The position numbers were made by a program, and so were the translations under genes. 64,000 bases of DNA. Origin: Acidobacteriota bacterium. Its GTDB lineage: Bacteria > Acidobacteriota > Vicinamibacteria > Vicinamibacterales > UBA2999. Under the pieces are notes generated by a model that saw nothing but the letters and a program-made list of their open reading frames with translations, was not told where the DNA came from and ran no database searches. Below, one piece after another: positions 19,581-28,037 of the stretch (positions within the stretch are counted from its first letter, which is position 1; every line of letters starts with the position of its first letter). The DNA lies in contig VFZN01000009.1 of NCBI GenBank assembly GCA_016871195.1, forward strand, positions 1,451-65,450, in the 5' to 3' direction.

Positions 19581-20987
19581 ATGTCATATCTGACCCGACA
19601 GACCTTGAACCGGCGCACCGTGCTCAAAGGGCTGGGCGTGAGCGTGTCGCTGCCGCTGCTCGACGCCATGATGCCGACGCGCATGGCTGACGCACAGCAG
19701 ATGGTCGGCAAGAAGCGGTTTGTGGCGATCGAGATGGTGCACGGCTCGGCGGGGTCTACGGCCTTCGGCGAGAAGAACCACCTGTGGGCGCCGGCAGAGA
19801 CCGGCCGGAACTACACCTTCGGCAAGTCGAGTCTCGCGCCGCTCGAGGCCTACCGCGATCACCTGACCATTGTCAGTCGCACCGATGTGCGCAACGCCGA
19901 GGCGTTCACGCCCCCTGAAATTGGCGGCGACCACTTCCGTTCGGCGGCGGTGTTTCTGACGCAGTCGCATCCGCACCAGACACAGGGGTCTGATGTGCGG
20001 GCCGGTGTATCGATCGACCAGATCTTCGCCAATCAGGTCGGGGGCGAAACACCGATTCCCTCGATGCAGCTGTGCATCGAGAACGTAGACCAGGCCGGCG
20101 GGTGCTTCTACGGGTATTCGTGCGCCTATACCGATTCGATCAGCTGGGCGACCCCCAACGATCCGCTGCCGATGATCCGCGACCCGCGCGCGGTGTTTGA
20201 TCAGCTGTTCGGCGTGGGCGCGACGCCCGAGGCCCGCGCACGGCGCCGCCGGCGCGATCGCAGCATCCTCGACTGGGTGACGCAGTCGGTCAGTGACCTG
20301 CGCAAGACCCTGGGACCCGCCGATCAGGCCCGCCTGTCCGATTATCTGGAAGATGTCCGCGAGATCGAACGCCGGATCCAGAAGGTGGAAGCCAGCAACG
20401 CCAGCGGCGAGCCGCGCGACCTGCCCGGCGCCCCGGCGGGTGTGCCCGACTCGTATACCGAGCACGTCAAGCTGATGTTCGATCTGCAGGCCCTGGCCTT
20501 CACGGCCGACCTGACGCGTGCGTTTGCGTTCAAGCTCAGCCGCGACGTCTCGAACCGCGTCTATCCCGAGACCGGCGTGACCACCGGCTTCCACATTGCG
20601 TCGCACCACGGCGACCGCGACGATCGCATCACCGAGTTCGGCAAGATCAACACCTATCACGTGAGCCTGCTGCCGTACTTCCTCGACAAGCTCACGGCGG
20701 CGAAGGAAGGCGATCGCACGCTGCTTGACCAGTCGGTGGTGCTGTACGGGTCACCGATGGGCAATTCCAACGTGCACAACCACAAGCGGTGCCCGCTGAT
20801 CCTGCTGGGACACGGCGGCGGTGCCATCAAGGGCGGCGTGCATCTGGCCGCGGCCGACGGCACGCCGATGGCCAATCCGATGCTGTCGGTGCTGCACACG
20901 CTCGGTGTGGACGTACCGTCGTTTGGTGACAGCACAGGCACGTTCGACCTCAATGCACCGGCGGTGACGACCGCCGCAGGAGCCTAG
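19581..20987 (+). CDS. DUF1552 domain-containing protein (Tat signal)
   Basis: AGGAG at 19568-19572. Twin-arginine leader LNRRTVLKGLGVSVSLPLL. The family-typical C-terminus is HNHKRCPLILLGHGGG. Confidence 0.8.
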   Translation: MSYLTRQTLNRRTVLKGLGVSVSLPLLDAMMPTRMADAQQMVGKKRFVAIEMVHGSAGSTAFGEKNHLWAPAETGRNYTFGKSSLAPLEAYRDHLTIVSRTDVRNAEAFTPPEIGGDHFRSAAVFLTQSHPHQTQGSDVRAGVSIDQIFANQVGGETPIPSMQLCIENVDQAGGCFYGYSCAYTDSISWATPNDPLPMIRDPRAVFDQLFGVGATPEARARRRRRDRSILDWVTQSVSDLRKTLGPADQARLSDYLEDVREIERRIQKVEASNASGEPRDLPGAPAGVPDSYTEHVKLMFDLQALAFTADLTRAFAFKLSRDVSNRVYPETGVTTGFHIASHHGDRDDRITEFGKINTYHVSLLPYFLDKLTAAKEGDRTLLDQSVVLYGSPMGNSNVHNHKRCPLILLGHGGGAIKGGVHLAAADGTPMANPMLSVLHTLGVDVPSFGDSTGTFDLNAPAVTTAAGA

Positions 20988-20990
20988 CCC

Positions 20991-22715
20991 ATGACACGTG
21001 CACATCGCTTCCTGCAGATGCTGACGGCCACCGGGGTGGCGCTCGTGCTTGCCTCGGGACTCGCCGCCGCGCCGCCCGCCCCCGTGGCCGATGCGGCGCA
21101 GAAGGGTGATCTGGCGGCCGTGCGCCGGTTGCTGAAAGACGGCGCCGATGTGAATGCCGCGGCGGGTGATGGCACCACCGCGCTGCATCACGCCGCCATG
21201 CGTGGCGATGCCGACATGACAACGGTGCTGCTGGCCGCCGGCGCGAACGTGCGCGCCACCACGCGTCTCGGCGGATATACGCCGTTGCACCTGGCCGGAC
21301 AACGCGGTCACAGCGACGTCATTGACGCCCTGATCAAGGGCGGTGGAGACACCAACGCCGCCACGCAGACCGGGGCCACCCCGCTGATGATGGCGGCGGC
21401 CTCGGGCCATGTGCCGGCGGTGAAAGTGCTGCTGGCGAACAAGGCCAGCCTCAACGCCCGCGAGAAGGCCAATGAACAGACGCCTCTCATGTTTGCAGCG
21501 GCGTTCGACCGTGCCGACGTCGTGAAGCTGCTGGTCGAGGTCGGGGCCGATCTCAATGCCACCTCGAAGGTCACCGACGTCGCCCCGCTCATTTCGGCGG
21601 AAGAGGCGTTGCAGGAAGAGATTCGCGTGTCGACGCAGCGCAGCGGTGGGCAGGCGCCCACGCTGAATGCCCCCAAGAAGACCGTCTCGGCCGATGAGAT
21701 TCCCGGCGTGACCCGGAACTTCCGCTACAACGAGCTGATCGGCAAGCAGGGCGGCTTCGGCGCGATTCACTTTGCGGCGCGTCAGGGCAGTCAGGCGTCA
21801 GTGGCGGCGCTGCTGGCGGGCGGTGTCCATGTGAACACCCGCGCAGCCAACGACGGCACCACGCCGCTGCTGATGGCGATCATCAACGGGCACTATGACC
21901 TCGCGATGTATCTGCTGTCGCAGGGCGCTGATCCGAACATGGCCGCCGAGAACGGGGCGGCCTCGCTCTATGCGACGCTCAACATCGAGTGGGCGCCCAG
22001 GTCGTTCTATCCCCAGCCCCGCGCGCAGCTGCAGCAGAAGGCCGACTATCTGCAGCTGATGACCGCGCTGCTCGACAAGGGTGCCGATCCGAATGCGCGC
22101 CTGCGCAAGAAGGTCTGGTATACGCAGTACAACTTTGATCTGCTGCGCACCGACGAGATCGGCGCGACTCCCTTCTGGAAGGCTGCCTACGCTTCGGACA
22201 TCCGTGCCATGAAGCTGCTGGTGGCCCGCGGCGCTGACCCCAACATCACCACCGTTAAGCCGGCCAGCAACAACCGCGGCATGCAGGGCGGCACGCAGGC
22301 GCAGGCCGGCCCGTCCGGGCTGCCCCCCCTTCCAAGCGGAGGCCCCGGCATCGGTGCCCTTCATGCCGCCTCGGGCGTGGGCTATGGCGAAGGCTTCGCC
22401 GGGAACGCCCACCGCCTGGCCCCGACCGGGATGCTCGCGGCCGTCAAGTATCTGATCGAAGAACTGGGCCTCGACGTCAACGCGATCGATGACGATGGCA
22501 ATACGGCTGTGCACCATGCGGCCTCGCGCGGCGACAACGAGATGATTCAGTACCTGGTCTCGAAGGGCGCCGATGTCACCCGCATCAACCGTGCGGGCCT
22601 GACGACGCTCGACATGGCCAACGGACCGGTGCAGCGGACGCAGCCCTATCCGGAAACCATCAAGCTGCTGGAGAGCCTGGGCGCCAGCAATAACAACCGC
22701 TGCGTGTCCTGCTAG
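20991..22715 (+). CDS. Secreted ankyrin-repeat protein
   Basis: Signal-like N-terminus and many G-TALHxAAxxGxxxxVxxLLxxGAD repeats. 3-nt gap to the upstream gene. Confidence 0.85.
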   Translation: MTRAHRFLQMLTATGVALVLASGLAAAPPAPVADAAQKGDLAAVRRLLKDGADVNAAAGDGTTALHHAAMRGDADMTTVLLAAGANVRATTRLGGYTPLHLAGQRGHSDVIDALIKGGGDTNAATQTGATPLMMAAASGHVPAVKVLLANKASLNAREKANEQTPLMFAAAFDRADVVKLLVEVGADLNATSKVTDVAPLISAEEALQEEIRVSTQRSGGQAPTLNAPKKTVSADEIPGVTRNFRYNELIGKQGGFGAIHFAARQGSQASVAALLAGGVHVNTRAANDGTTPLLMAIINGHYDLAMYLLSQGADPNMAAENGAASLYATLNIEWAPRSFYPQPRAQLQQKADYLQLMTALLDKGADPNARLRKKVWYTQYNFDLLRTDEIGATPFWKAAYASDIRAMKLLVARGADPNITTVKPASNNRGMQGGTQAQAGPSGLPPLPSGGPGIGALHAASGVGYGEGFAGNAHRLAPTGMLAAVKYLIEELGLDVNAIDDDGNTAVHHAASRGDNEMIQYLVSKGADVTRINRAGLTTLDMANGPVQRTQPYPETIKLLESLGASNNNRCVSC

Positions 22716-22782
22716 GGACACGCCGCGGTGCAGGCCGGCGTCGCATCCGTCGGCGCCGACGTATACTCGCGACAAACCCATC

Positions 22783-25296
22783 ATGCGTCGTTCCACTGCC
22801 ATTCGTGTCGGGGGACTCTGCTGTCTGCTGCTTGTGCAGGTGGCGTCGGGAACCCTGCGCGCGTCGCAGCAGGCCCAGGCTGCGGCTGTGCGCAACCGCC
22901 CGGCCGCAGAGGCCGCGCTCAAGGCCGGACGCCACGACGACGTCGAACGCCTGACGGCAGATGCCGGTACCGATGAGGCTCTGGTGGTCATCAGGGCCCG
23001 CGCGGCGCGGGCCACCGGCGACTACGACAAGGCACAGTCACTGCTGGGACCCGCGGCCGACCGGCTGCGATCGGGCGATGCGGCACTCGAACTCGGCCTG
23101 CTGCAACTCTACCGGGGCCAGCGCCCCCAGGGGCGTCGCACACTCGAGCAGGTCATGATCGGGGCGCAGGATGCGGTCACCGCCAGCGACCTCGCGCGTG
23201 CGGCCAGAGCTGCCCGTGCCCTCGGACGCTTCGAAGATGCAAACGCCCTGTTTCGCGATGCCATCCGACTGACGCCGGACGACGCGGCGATCAACACAGC
23301 CTGGGGCGAACTCTTCCTCGAGAAGTTCAACAAGGCCGAGGCAACGCAGTCGTTCAAGGCGGCGCTCACCGCCGAACCGTCGTCTGTCGAGGCGCAGATG
23401 GGCATGGCCCGGGCGCTGGCCGACGAGAACCCACCGGAGGCCCGTCGCCTCCTCGATCAGGTGCTGGCCGCCAACCCTCGTCACACCGAGGCGCTGACCG
23501 AACTGGCCGCCGCAGCCATTCAGCAGGATCGGAAAGTCGAGGCTCGCGAGTGGATCGCGAAGGCACTGGCCGTGAATCCGCAGAGCCGCGAGGCGCTCGC
23601 GCTCGAAGGCGGCCTGGCCTATGTGGAAGGGCGCACCGACGAGCTCGCACGCATCGAGGCGCGCGTGCGGACCATTCATCCGGCCGACGCGGAGTTTTAT
23701 CGCACGCTGGGCGAGGTGACCGCCGGCTATTACCGGTTTGAGGAAGCGGCCACGCACGTGCGTCGTGCCCTGCAGCTCGACCGCGAGCACTGGCGGGCGT
23801 ACGCTGATCTCGGCGCACATCTGATGCGGATTGGCGACGAGGCCGGTGCGCGGCGGATGCTGGAAATGGCCTTCCGGCAGGACCCGTACGATGTCGTCAC
23901 GTTCAATCTGCTCGGCGTGCTCGATGCCCTCGAGAAATTCGGCAGCATCACCGATGGCCCGCTCGTCGTCAGGCTGCACGAGGACGAGTCGCCTGTCATG
24001 TCGCATTACGTGCCGGCTTTGGCGCGCGAGGCCTTCGAGACGCTCAGCCGCACATGGGAGTTCACGCCGACCGGGCCGATTCTCGTCGAGATGTTTCCGC
24101 GCCACGATGACTTTGCGGTGCGCAACCTCGGATTGCCCGGATTGCTCGGCGCACTCGGTGCGTGCTTCGGCAAGGTAGTGACGCTCGATTCGCCAAAGGC
24201 ACGCCCCCCGGGCGAATTCAACTGGGGCGCGACCCTGTGGCACGAGATGGCGCACGTCATCACGCTGCAGCTGTCGGGGCAGCGTGTGCCGCGGTGGCTG
24301 ACCGAAGGTGTCTCGACCTTCGAGGAAACCCGCGCCGGTCGTGACTGGGGACGAGAGATGGATGTGACCTTCGCGCGCGCCCTCGAGGCCGGCAAGGTCT
24401 TTCCGCTGAAAGATCTCAACAGCGGCTTCACCAACCCCGAGACGATCTCGCTGGCCTACTTCCAGTCGTCGCTCATCGTCGAGCACATCGTTGAACGATT
24501 CGGGCAGCCGCGCCTGCGCGCGCTGGTGCAGGTGTATGCGACGGGCGTCGATACTGACGCGGCGGTGTCTCAGGCGCTTAGTGTGCCGCTCGACAACCTG
24601 CAGGCGAGCTTCACCCGGTTCCTCGAGACGCGCTACGGGCGGCTGCGGCAGGTGCTGAAGGCCCCGGAGGGACTTGCGCAGGCCATGACCGTCGAGGCCC
24701 TCGAGGCACTGGCCCGGCAGCACGCCGACTCGTTCCCGGTGCAGATGGCACTCGGCGAGGCGCTCCGTGCCTCGCAGCCGGCACGGGCACTGACGGCATT
24801 CGAGAGAGCGGCAGCCCTGGTGCCGAATGCCCCGGGTGATGAGAATCCGCTGCGAGCCGTGGCCGAGGTGGCGCAGTCGCTGAAGCAGCCGGCAAGGGCG
24901 ATCGAGGCGCTGGATGCGCTCGGCACGCTCGACCCGGCAGCCCTGACGGCGGCGCGCACCCTTGCCACGCTCGTCGATCGGAAGGCACAGCCGCAGGTGC
25001 TGGAACGGGCGCTGCGCCGTGCCGTGGCGGTCGATCCGTTCGATGCACCGTCGCACACGACACTCGGGCAGCTGGCGATGGCCGATCGCCGGCACGCTGA
25101 TGCGGTTCGCGCCTTCCGCATCGCGCTGGCAGCGCGGCCGGTCGATCGGGCAGGCGCACACGCGGACCTCGCCGAGGCCCTGCTGGCCAACGGTCAGAAA
25201 GACGAGGCGCGACGGCAGGTGATGGCGGCCCTTGAGATTGCCCCGACCTATCCTCGGGCCCAGGAACTGCTGATCACCCTGAGTGGGGGACGCTAG
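22783..25296 (+). CDS. TPR-repeat protein with embedded MA-clan (gluzincin-like) peptidase domain
   Basis: Signal peptide. TPR-like helical repeats flank ATLWHEMAHVITLQ...WLTEGVSTFEE (HExxH at 24241-24255, plus a downstream Glu). Confidence 0.75.
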   Translation: MRRSTAIRVGGLCCLLLVQVASGTLRASQQAQAAAVRNRPAAEAALKAGRHDDVERLTADAGTDEALVVIRARAARATGDYDKAQSLLGPAADRLRSGDAALELGLLQLYRGQRPQGRRTLEQVMIGAQDAVTASDLARAARAARALGRFEDANALFRDAIRLTPDDAAINTAWGELFLEKFNKAEATQSFKAALTAEPSSVEAQMGMARALADENPPEARRLLDQVLAANPRHTEALTELAAAAIQQDRKVEAREWIAKALAVNPQSREALALEGGLAYVEGRTDELARIEARVRTIHPADAEFYRTLGEVTAGYYRFEEAATHVRRALQLDREHWRAYADLGAHLMRIGDEAGARRMLEMAFRQDPYDVVTFNLLGVLDALEKFGSITDGPLVVRLHEDESPVMSHYVPALAREAFETLSRTWEFTPTGPILVEMFPRHDDFAVRNLGLPGLLGALGACFGKVVTLDSPKARPPGEFNWGATLWHEMAHVITLQLSGQRVPRWLTEGVSTFEETRAGRDWGREMDVTFARALEAGKVFPLKDLNSGFTNPETISLAYFQSSLIVEHIVERFGQPRLRALVQVYATGVDTDAAVSQALSVPLDNLQASFTRFLETRYGRLRQVLKAPEGLAQAMTVEALEALARQHADSFPVQMALGEALRASQPARALTAFERAAALVPNAPGDENPLRAVAEVAQSLKQPARAIEALDALGTLDPAALTAARTLATLVDRKAQPQVLERALRRAVAVDPFDAPSHTTLGQLAMADRRHADAVRAFRIALAARPVDRAGAHADLAEALLANGQKDEARRQVMAALEIAPTYPRAQELLITLSGGR

Positions 25297-26108
25297 TGGC
25301 GGGCCGACGTGCTGAGGGCTGGCTGCGGTTGCCGATCCTCTGCGCGATCGCGCTGGCGGCACTGCTGACGGCGGCAGCCGTTGAGGCCCAGATTCCTGCG
25401 ATGCCCGGCGACCGGCTGGCCGGGCTGCAGTGGACATTTGCCCGCGTCAAGTACACCGCATCGTATGAGCGCCTGGGGGCCGGTCGACCACGCATGAGCT
25501 TCTGGGATGATCCCTGGGCCATCGATGCGCCTGCCGCCGAGCAGAATCTCTCGCGACGCATCCGGTCAGTGACGGCGATTCAGGTGGGTGAGCCGGTGGT
25601 CATCGAACTGACCGACGAGCGCCTGTGGCAGTTCCCGTGGCTGTATCTGGTCGAGCCGAGCAACCTCGATCTGCAGCCCAACGAGATTCCGGTGCTGCGC
25701 GAGTTTCTGCTGCGCGGCGGCACGCTGACCTTCGACGACTTTCACGGCCCCTATGAATGGGAGCTGACCGTGCAGCAGATGTCGAAGGTGTTTCCCGACC
25801 GCGAGATCGTCGAGCTGACGCCGTCGCATCCGATCTTCTCGGCCTTCTACCAGCTGGAGAAGTATCCGCAGATACCCGGATTGGGATCGTTCTTCAGCGG
25901 ACGCACCTGGGAGAAGGGCGGCTTCCAGCCGCACCTGCGCGCGATTCTTGATGATGAGGGACGGCCCATGGTGCTGTTCAACTGGAACACGGACATGGGC
26001 GACGGCGTCGAGTGGTCGAACGCCGAGGAATATCCGGGCTACCTCCGCTGGACGGCGCTGGCGTACCAGATGCTGATCAACGAGGTGGTGTATTCACTGA
26101 CGCACTGA
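25296..26108 (+). CDS. DUF4159-like protein
   Basis: GTG start overlaps the upstream TAG (TAGTG 25294-25298). FPWLYLVEPSN...LREFLLRGGTLTFDDFHGPYEWE...HPIF pattern. Confidence 0.6.
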   Translation: MAGRRAEGWLRLPILCAIALAALLTAAAVEAQIPAMPGDRLAGLQWTFARVKYTASYERLGAGRPRMSFWDDPWAIDAPAAEQNLSRRIRSVTAIQVGEPVVIELTDERLWQFPWLYLVEPSNLDLQPNEIPVLREFLLRGGTLTFDDFHGPYEWELTVQQMSKVFPDREIVELTPSHPIFSAFYQLEKYPQIPGLGSFFSGRTWEKGGFQPHLRAILDDEGRPMVLFNWNTDMGDGVEWSNAEEYPGYLRWTALAYQMLINEVVYSLTH

Positions 26109-26131
26109 CGACGCGAAGGATACCTGACGAC

Positions 26132-27139
26132 ATGAACGAGTCTCTGCACGACATGCCCGAACTGGCCCGACAGGTGGCGCACCAGCGTGAACAGGTGCTG
26201 ACGGAACTGCGGAAGGTGATTGTCGGGCAGGACGAGGTCGTCGATCAGGTGCTGATGTCGCTGTTCTGCGGCGGTCACTGCCTCATCACGGGCGTCCCCG
26301 GCCTAGCGAAGACGCTGCTCGTCAAGACACTCGCCCAGATTCTGCACCTGCGCTTCAAGCGCATTCAGTTCACGCCCGATCTGATGCCGGCCGATATCAC
26401 CGGCACCGAAGTGCTCGACGACGAGGGCGGCCGCCGCGCGCTGCGCTTTGTGCACGGACCGATCTTTGCGCAAATCATCCTGGCCGATGAAATCAACCGC
26501 ACGCCGCCGAAGACGCAGGCGGCCCTGCTCGAGGCGATGCAGGAGTATCACGTCACCGCCGCCGGCCGCACCTACGAGCTTGAGCGCCCCTTTTTCGTGC
26601 TCGCCACGCAGAACCCTATCGAGCTTGAGGGCACCTATCCACTGCCCGAGGCGCAGCTCGATCGCTTTCTCTTCAACGTCGTCATGACCTATCTCTCGGA
26701 AGACGATGAGGTGAAGGTGGTGACGGGCACTACGGGTCGGGCGGGGGCCGAGCCGCAGCGTGTGCTCGACGGCAACGACATCATGCGCATTCAGGAAGCG
26801 GTGCGGTCGGTGCTCGTTGCCGAGGACATTGCGCGTTATGCCGTGCGCCTGGTCGACAGTTCGCGGCCGGGTCGCGGGGCCAGGCTCGATTTCATCGAGC
26901 AGTATGTGAAGTGGGGTGCCGGCCTGCGGGCCTCGCATGCCCTTGTGCTGGGCGCGAAGGCCCGGGCGCTGGTGCATGGCCGACTGCACGTCACGGTCAA
27001 GGATGTGCAGGCGCTGGCGGCGCCGATTCTGAGGCACCGCGTGGTGCCGAACTTTTACGCGGAGGCCGAGGGCATGACGCCCGATCGCCTCATCGAGCGG
27101 CTGGTCGCGGCCGTTCCGGTGCCGACCAGCGGACTCTAG
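26132..27139 (+). CDS. MoxR-family AAA+ ATPase
   Basis: Walker A GVPGLAKT, Walker B ILADEINR, and VLATQNPIELEGTYPLPEAQLDRF. ATG 26132 is chosen over track start 26012, which overlaps the upstream gene. Confidence 0.9.
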   Translation: MNESLHDMPELARQVAHQREQVLTELRKVIVGQDEVVDQVLMSLFCGGHCLITGVPGLAKTLLVKTLAQILHLRFKRIQFTPDLMPADITGTEVLDDEGGRRALRFVHGPIFAQIILADEINRTPPKTQAALLEAMQEYHVTAAGRTYELERPFFVLATQNPIELEGTYPLPEAQLDRFLFNVVMTYLSEDDEVKVVTGTTGRAGAEPQRVLDGNDIMRIQEAVRSVLVAEDIARYAVRLVDSSRPGRGARLDFIEQYVKWGAGLRASHALVLGAKARALVHGRLHVTVKDVQALAAPILRHRVVPNFYAEAEGMTPDRLIERLVAAVPVPTSGL

Positions 27140-27143
27140 CCGC

Positions 27144-28037
27144 ATGACGACGCCGTCGCGGTTCCTTGATCCGTCGGTCGTGGCCCGGCTGGGCACGATC
27201 GACATCAAGGCCCGCACCATTGTCGAAGGGTTCCTGAGCGGACTGCACCGCAGCCCGTTCCGCGGCTACAGCGTCGAGTTCGCCGAGTATCGCCCCTACC
27301 TGCCGGGCGACGACCTCGCCACCCTTGACTGGAAAGTGTTTGCCCGCACTGATCGCCATGTGGTGCGCAAGTTCGAGCACGACACCAATCTCGAGTGCCA
27401 CATCGTCCTCGACATCAGCCGGTCGATGAGTTTTGCATCGGGTACCGTGTCGAAGCTCGAATACGGGTCTTATGTCGCCGCGACGCTGGCCTACCTGATG
27501 CATCGCCAGCACGATGCGGTGGGGCTGGTGACCGTCGACGATCGCATCCGCTTCCGCATGCCTCCCGGCGTGCGGTCGGGTCATCTGCGTGCGCTGCTGG
27601 TGGCCCTCGAGCGAGTCACACCAGGGGAGGCGACGAGGCTTGCCACGCCCTTCGGCGATCTCGTCGAGGCCATCGATTGGCGGGGACTCGTCGTGGTGAT
27701 TTCCGATCTGCTTGACGATTCCGACGCGGTCATCGACGGGCTGTCGCACTTCCGCCATAAGGGCACCGATGTGGTGGTGTTTCAGGTGCTCGACCCGTAC
27801 GAGCGTGAGTTTCCATTCGAGCGTGCCTCGCGCTTTCGCGACATGGAGAGCGGCGAAGAGGTCGCGCTGGTTCCGGGTGAGATGCGCGAGCGATATGTGA
27901 CGCGCATGCGTGAACAGATCGCGCACTATCGTCACGCGCTCGGGCAGCATGGCATCGACTACTGTCTGCTGACGACGACCGACCCGCTCGACACGGCGCT
28001 GCTGGCGTACCTGCAGACACGGCGGAAGAGCCGATAA
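27144..28037 (+). CDS. DUF58 domain-containing protein (vWA-like)
   Basis: GLHRSPFRGYSVEFAEYRPYLPGDD...DWKVFARTD and a MIDAS-like DISRS. 4 nt after the moxR stop. Confidence 0.9.
   Translation: MTTPSRFLDPSVVARLGTIDIKARTIVEGFLSGLHRSPFRGYSVEFAEYRPYLPGDDLATLDWKVFARTDRHVVRKFEHDTNLECHIVLDISRSMSFASGTVSKLEYGSYVAATLAYLMHRQHDAVGLVTVDDRIRFRMPPGVRSGHLRALLVALERVTPGEATRLATPFGDLVEAIDWRGLVVVISDLLDDSDAVIDGLSHFRHKGTDVVVFQVLDPYEREFPFERASRFRDMESGEEVALVPGEMRERYVTRMREQIAHYRHALGQHGIDYCLLTTTDPLDTALLAYLQTRRKSR

Noticed and set aside
22748-22761. Perfect 14-bp palindrome CGTCGGCGCCGACG followed by TATACT upstream of the TPR-peptidase gene
   Set aside because: All-GC palindromes built from CG/GC steps are expected by chance in this composition. 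I noted it as a possible operator or hairpin, but there is no supporting second copy or context.
23038-25437. 799-aa ORF antisense to the TPR-peptidase gene (and similar ones at 20751..21770, 21798..23015, 19584..20660)
   Set aside because: These have low-complexity Arg/Gly/Pro-rich translations that fully overlap well-supported + strand genes. They are GC-driven stop-codon depletion.
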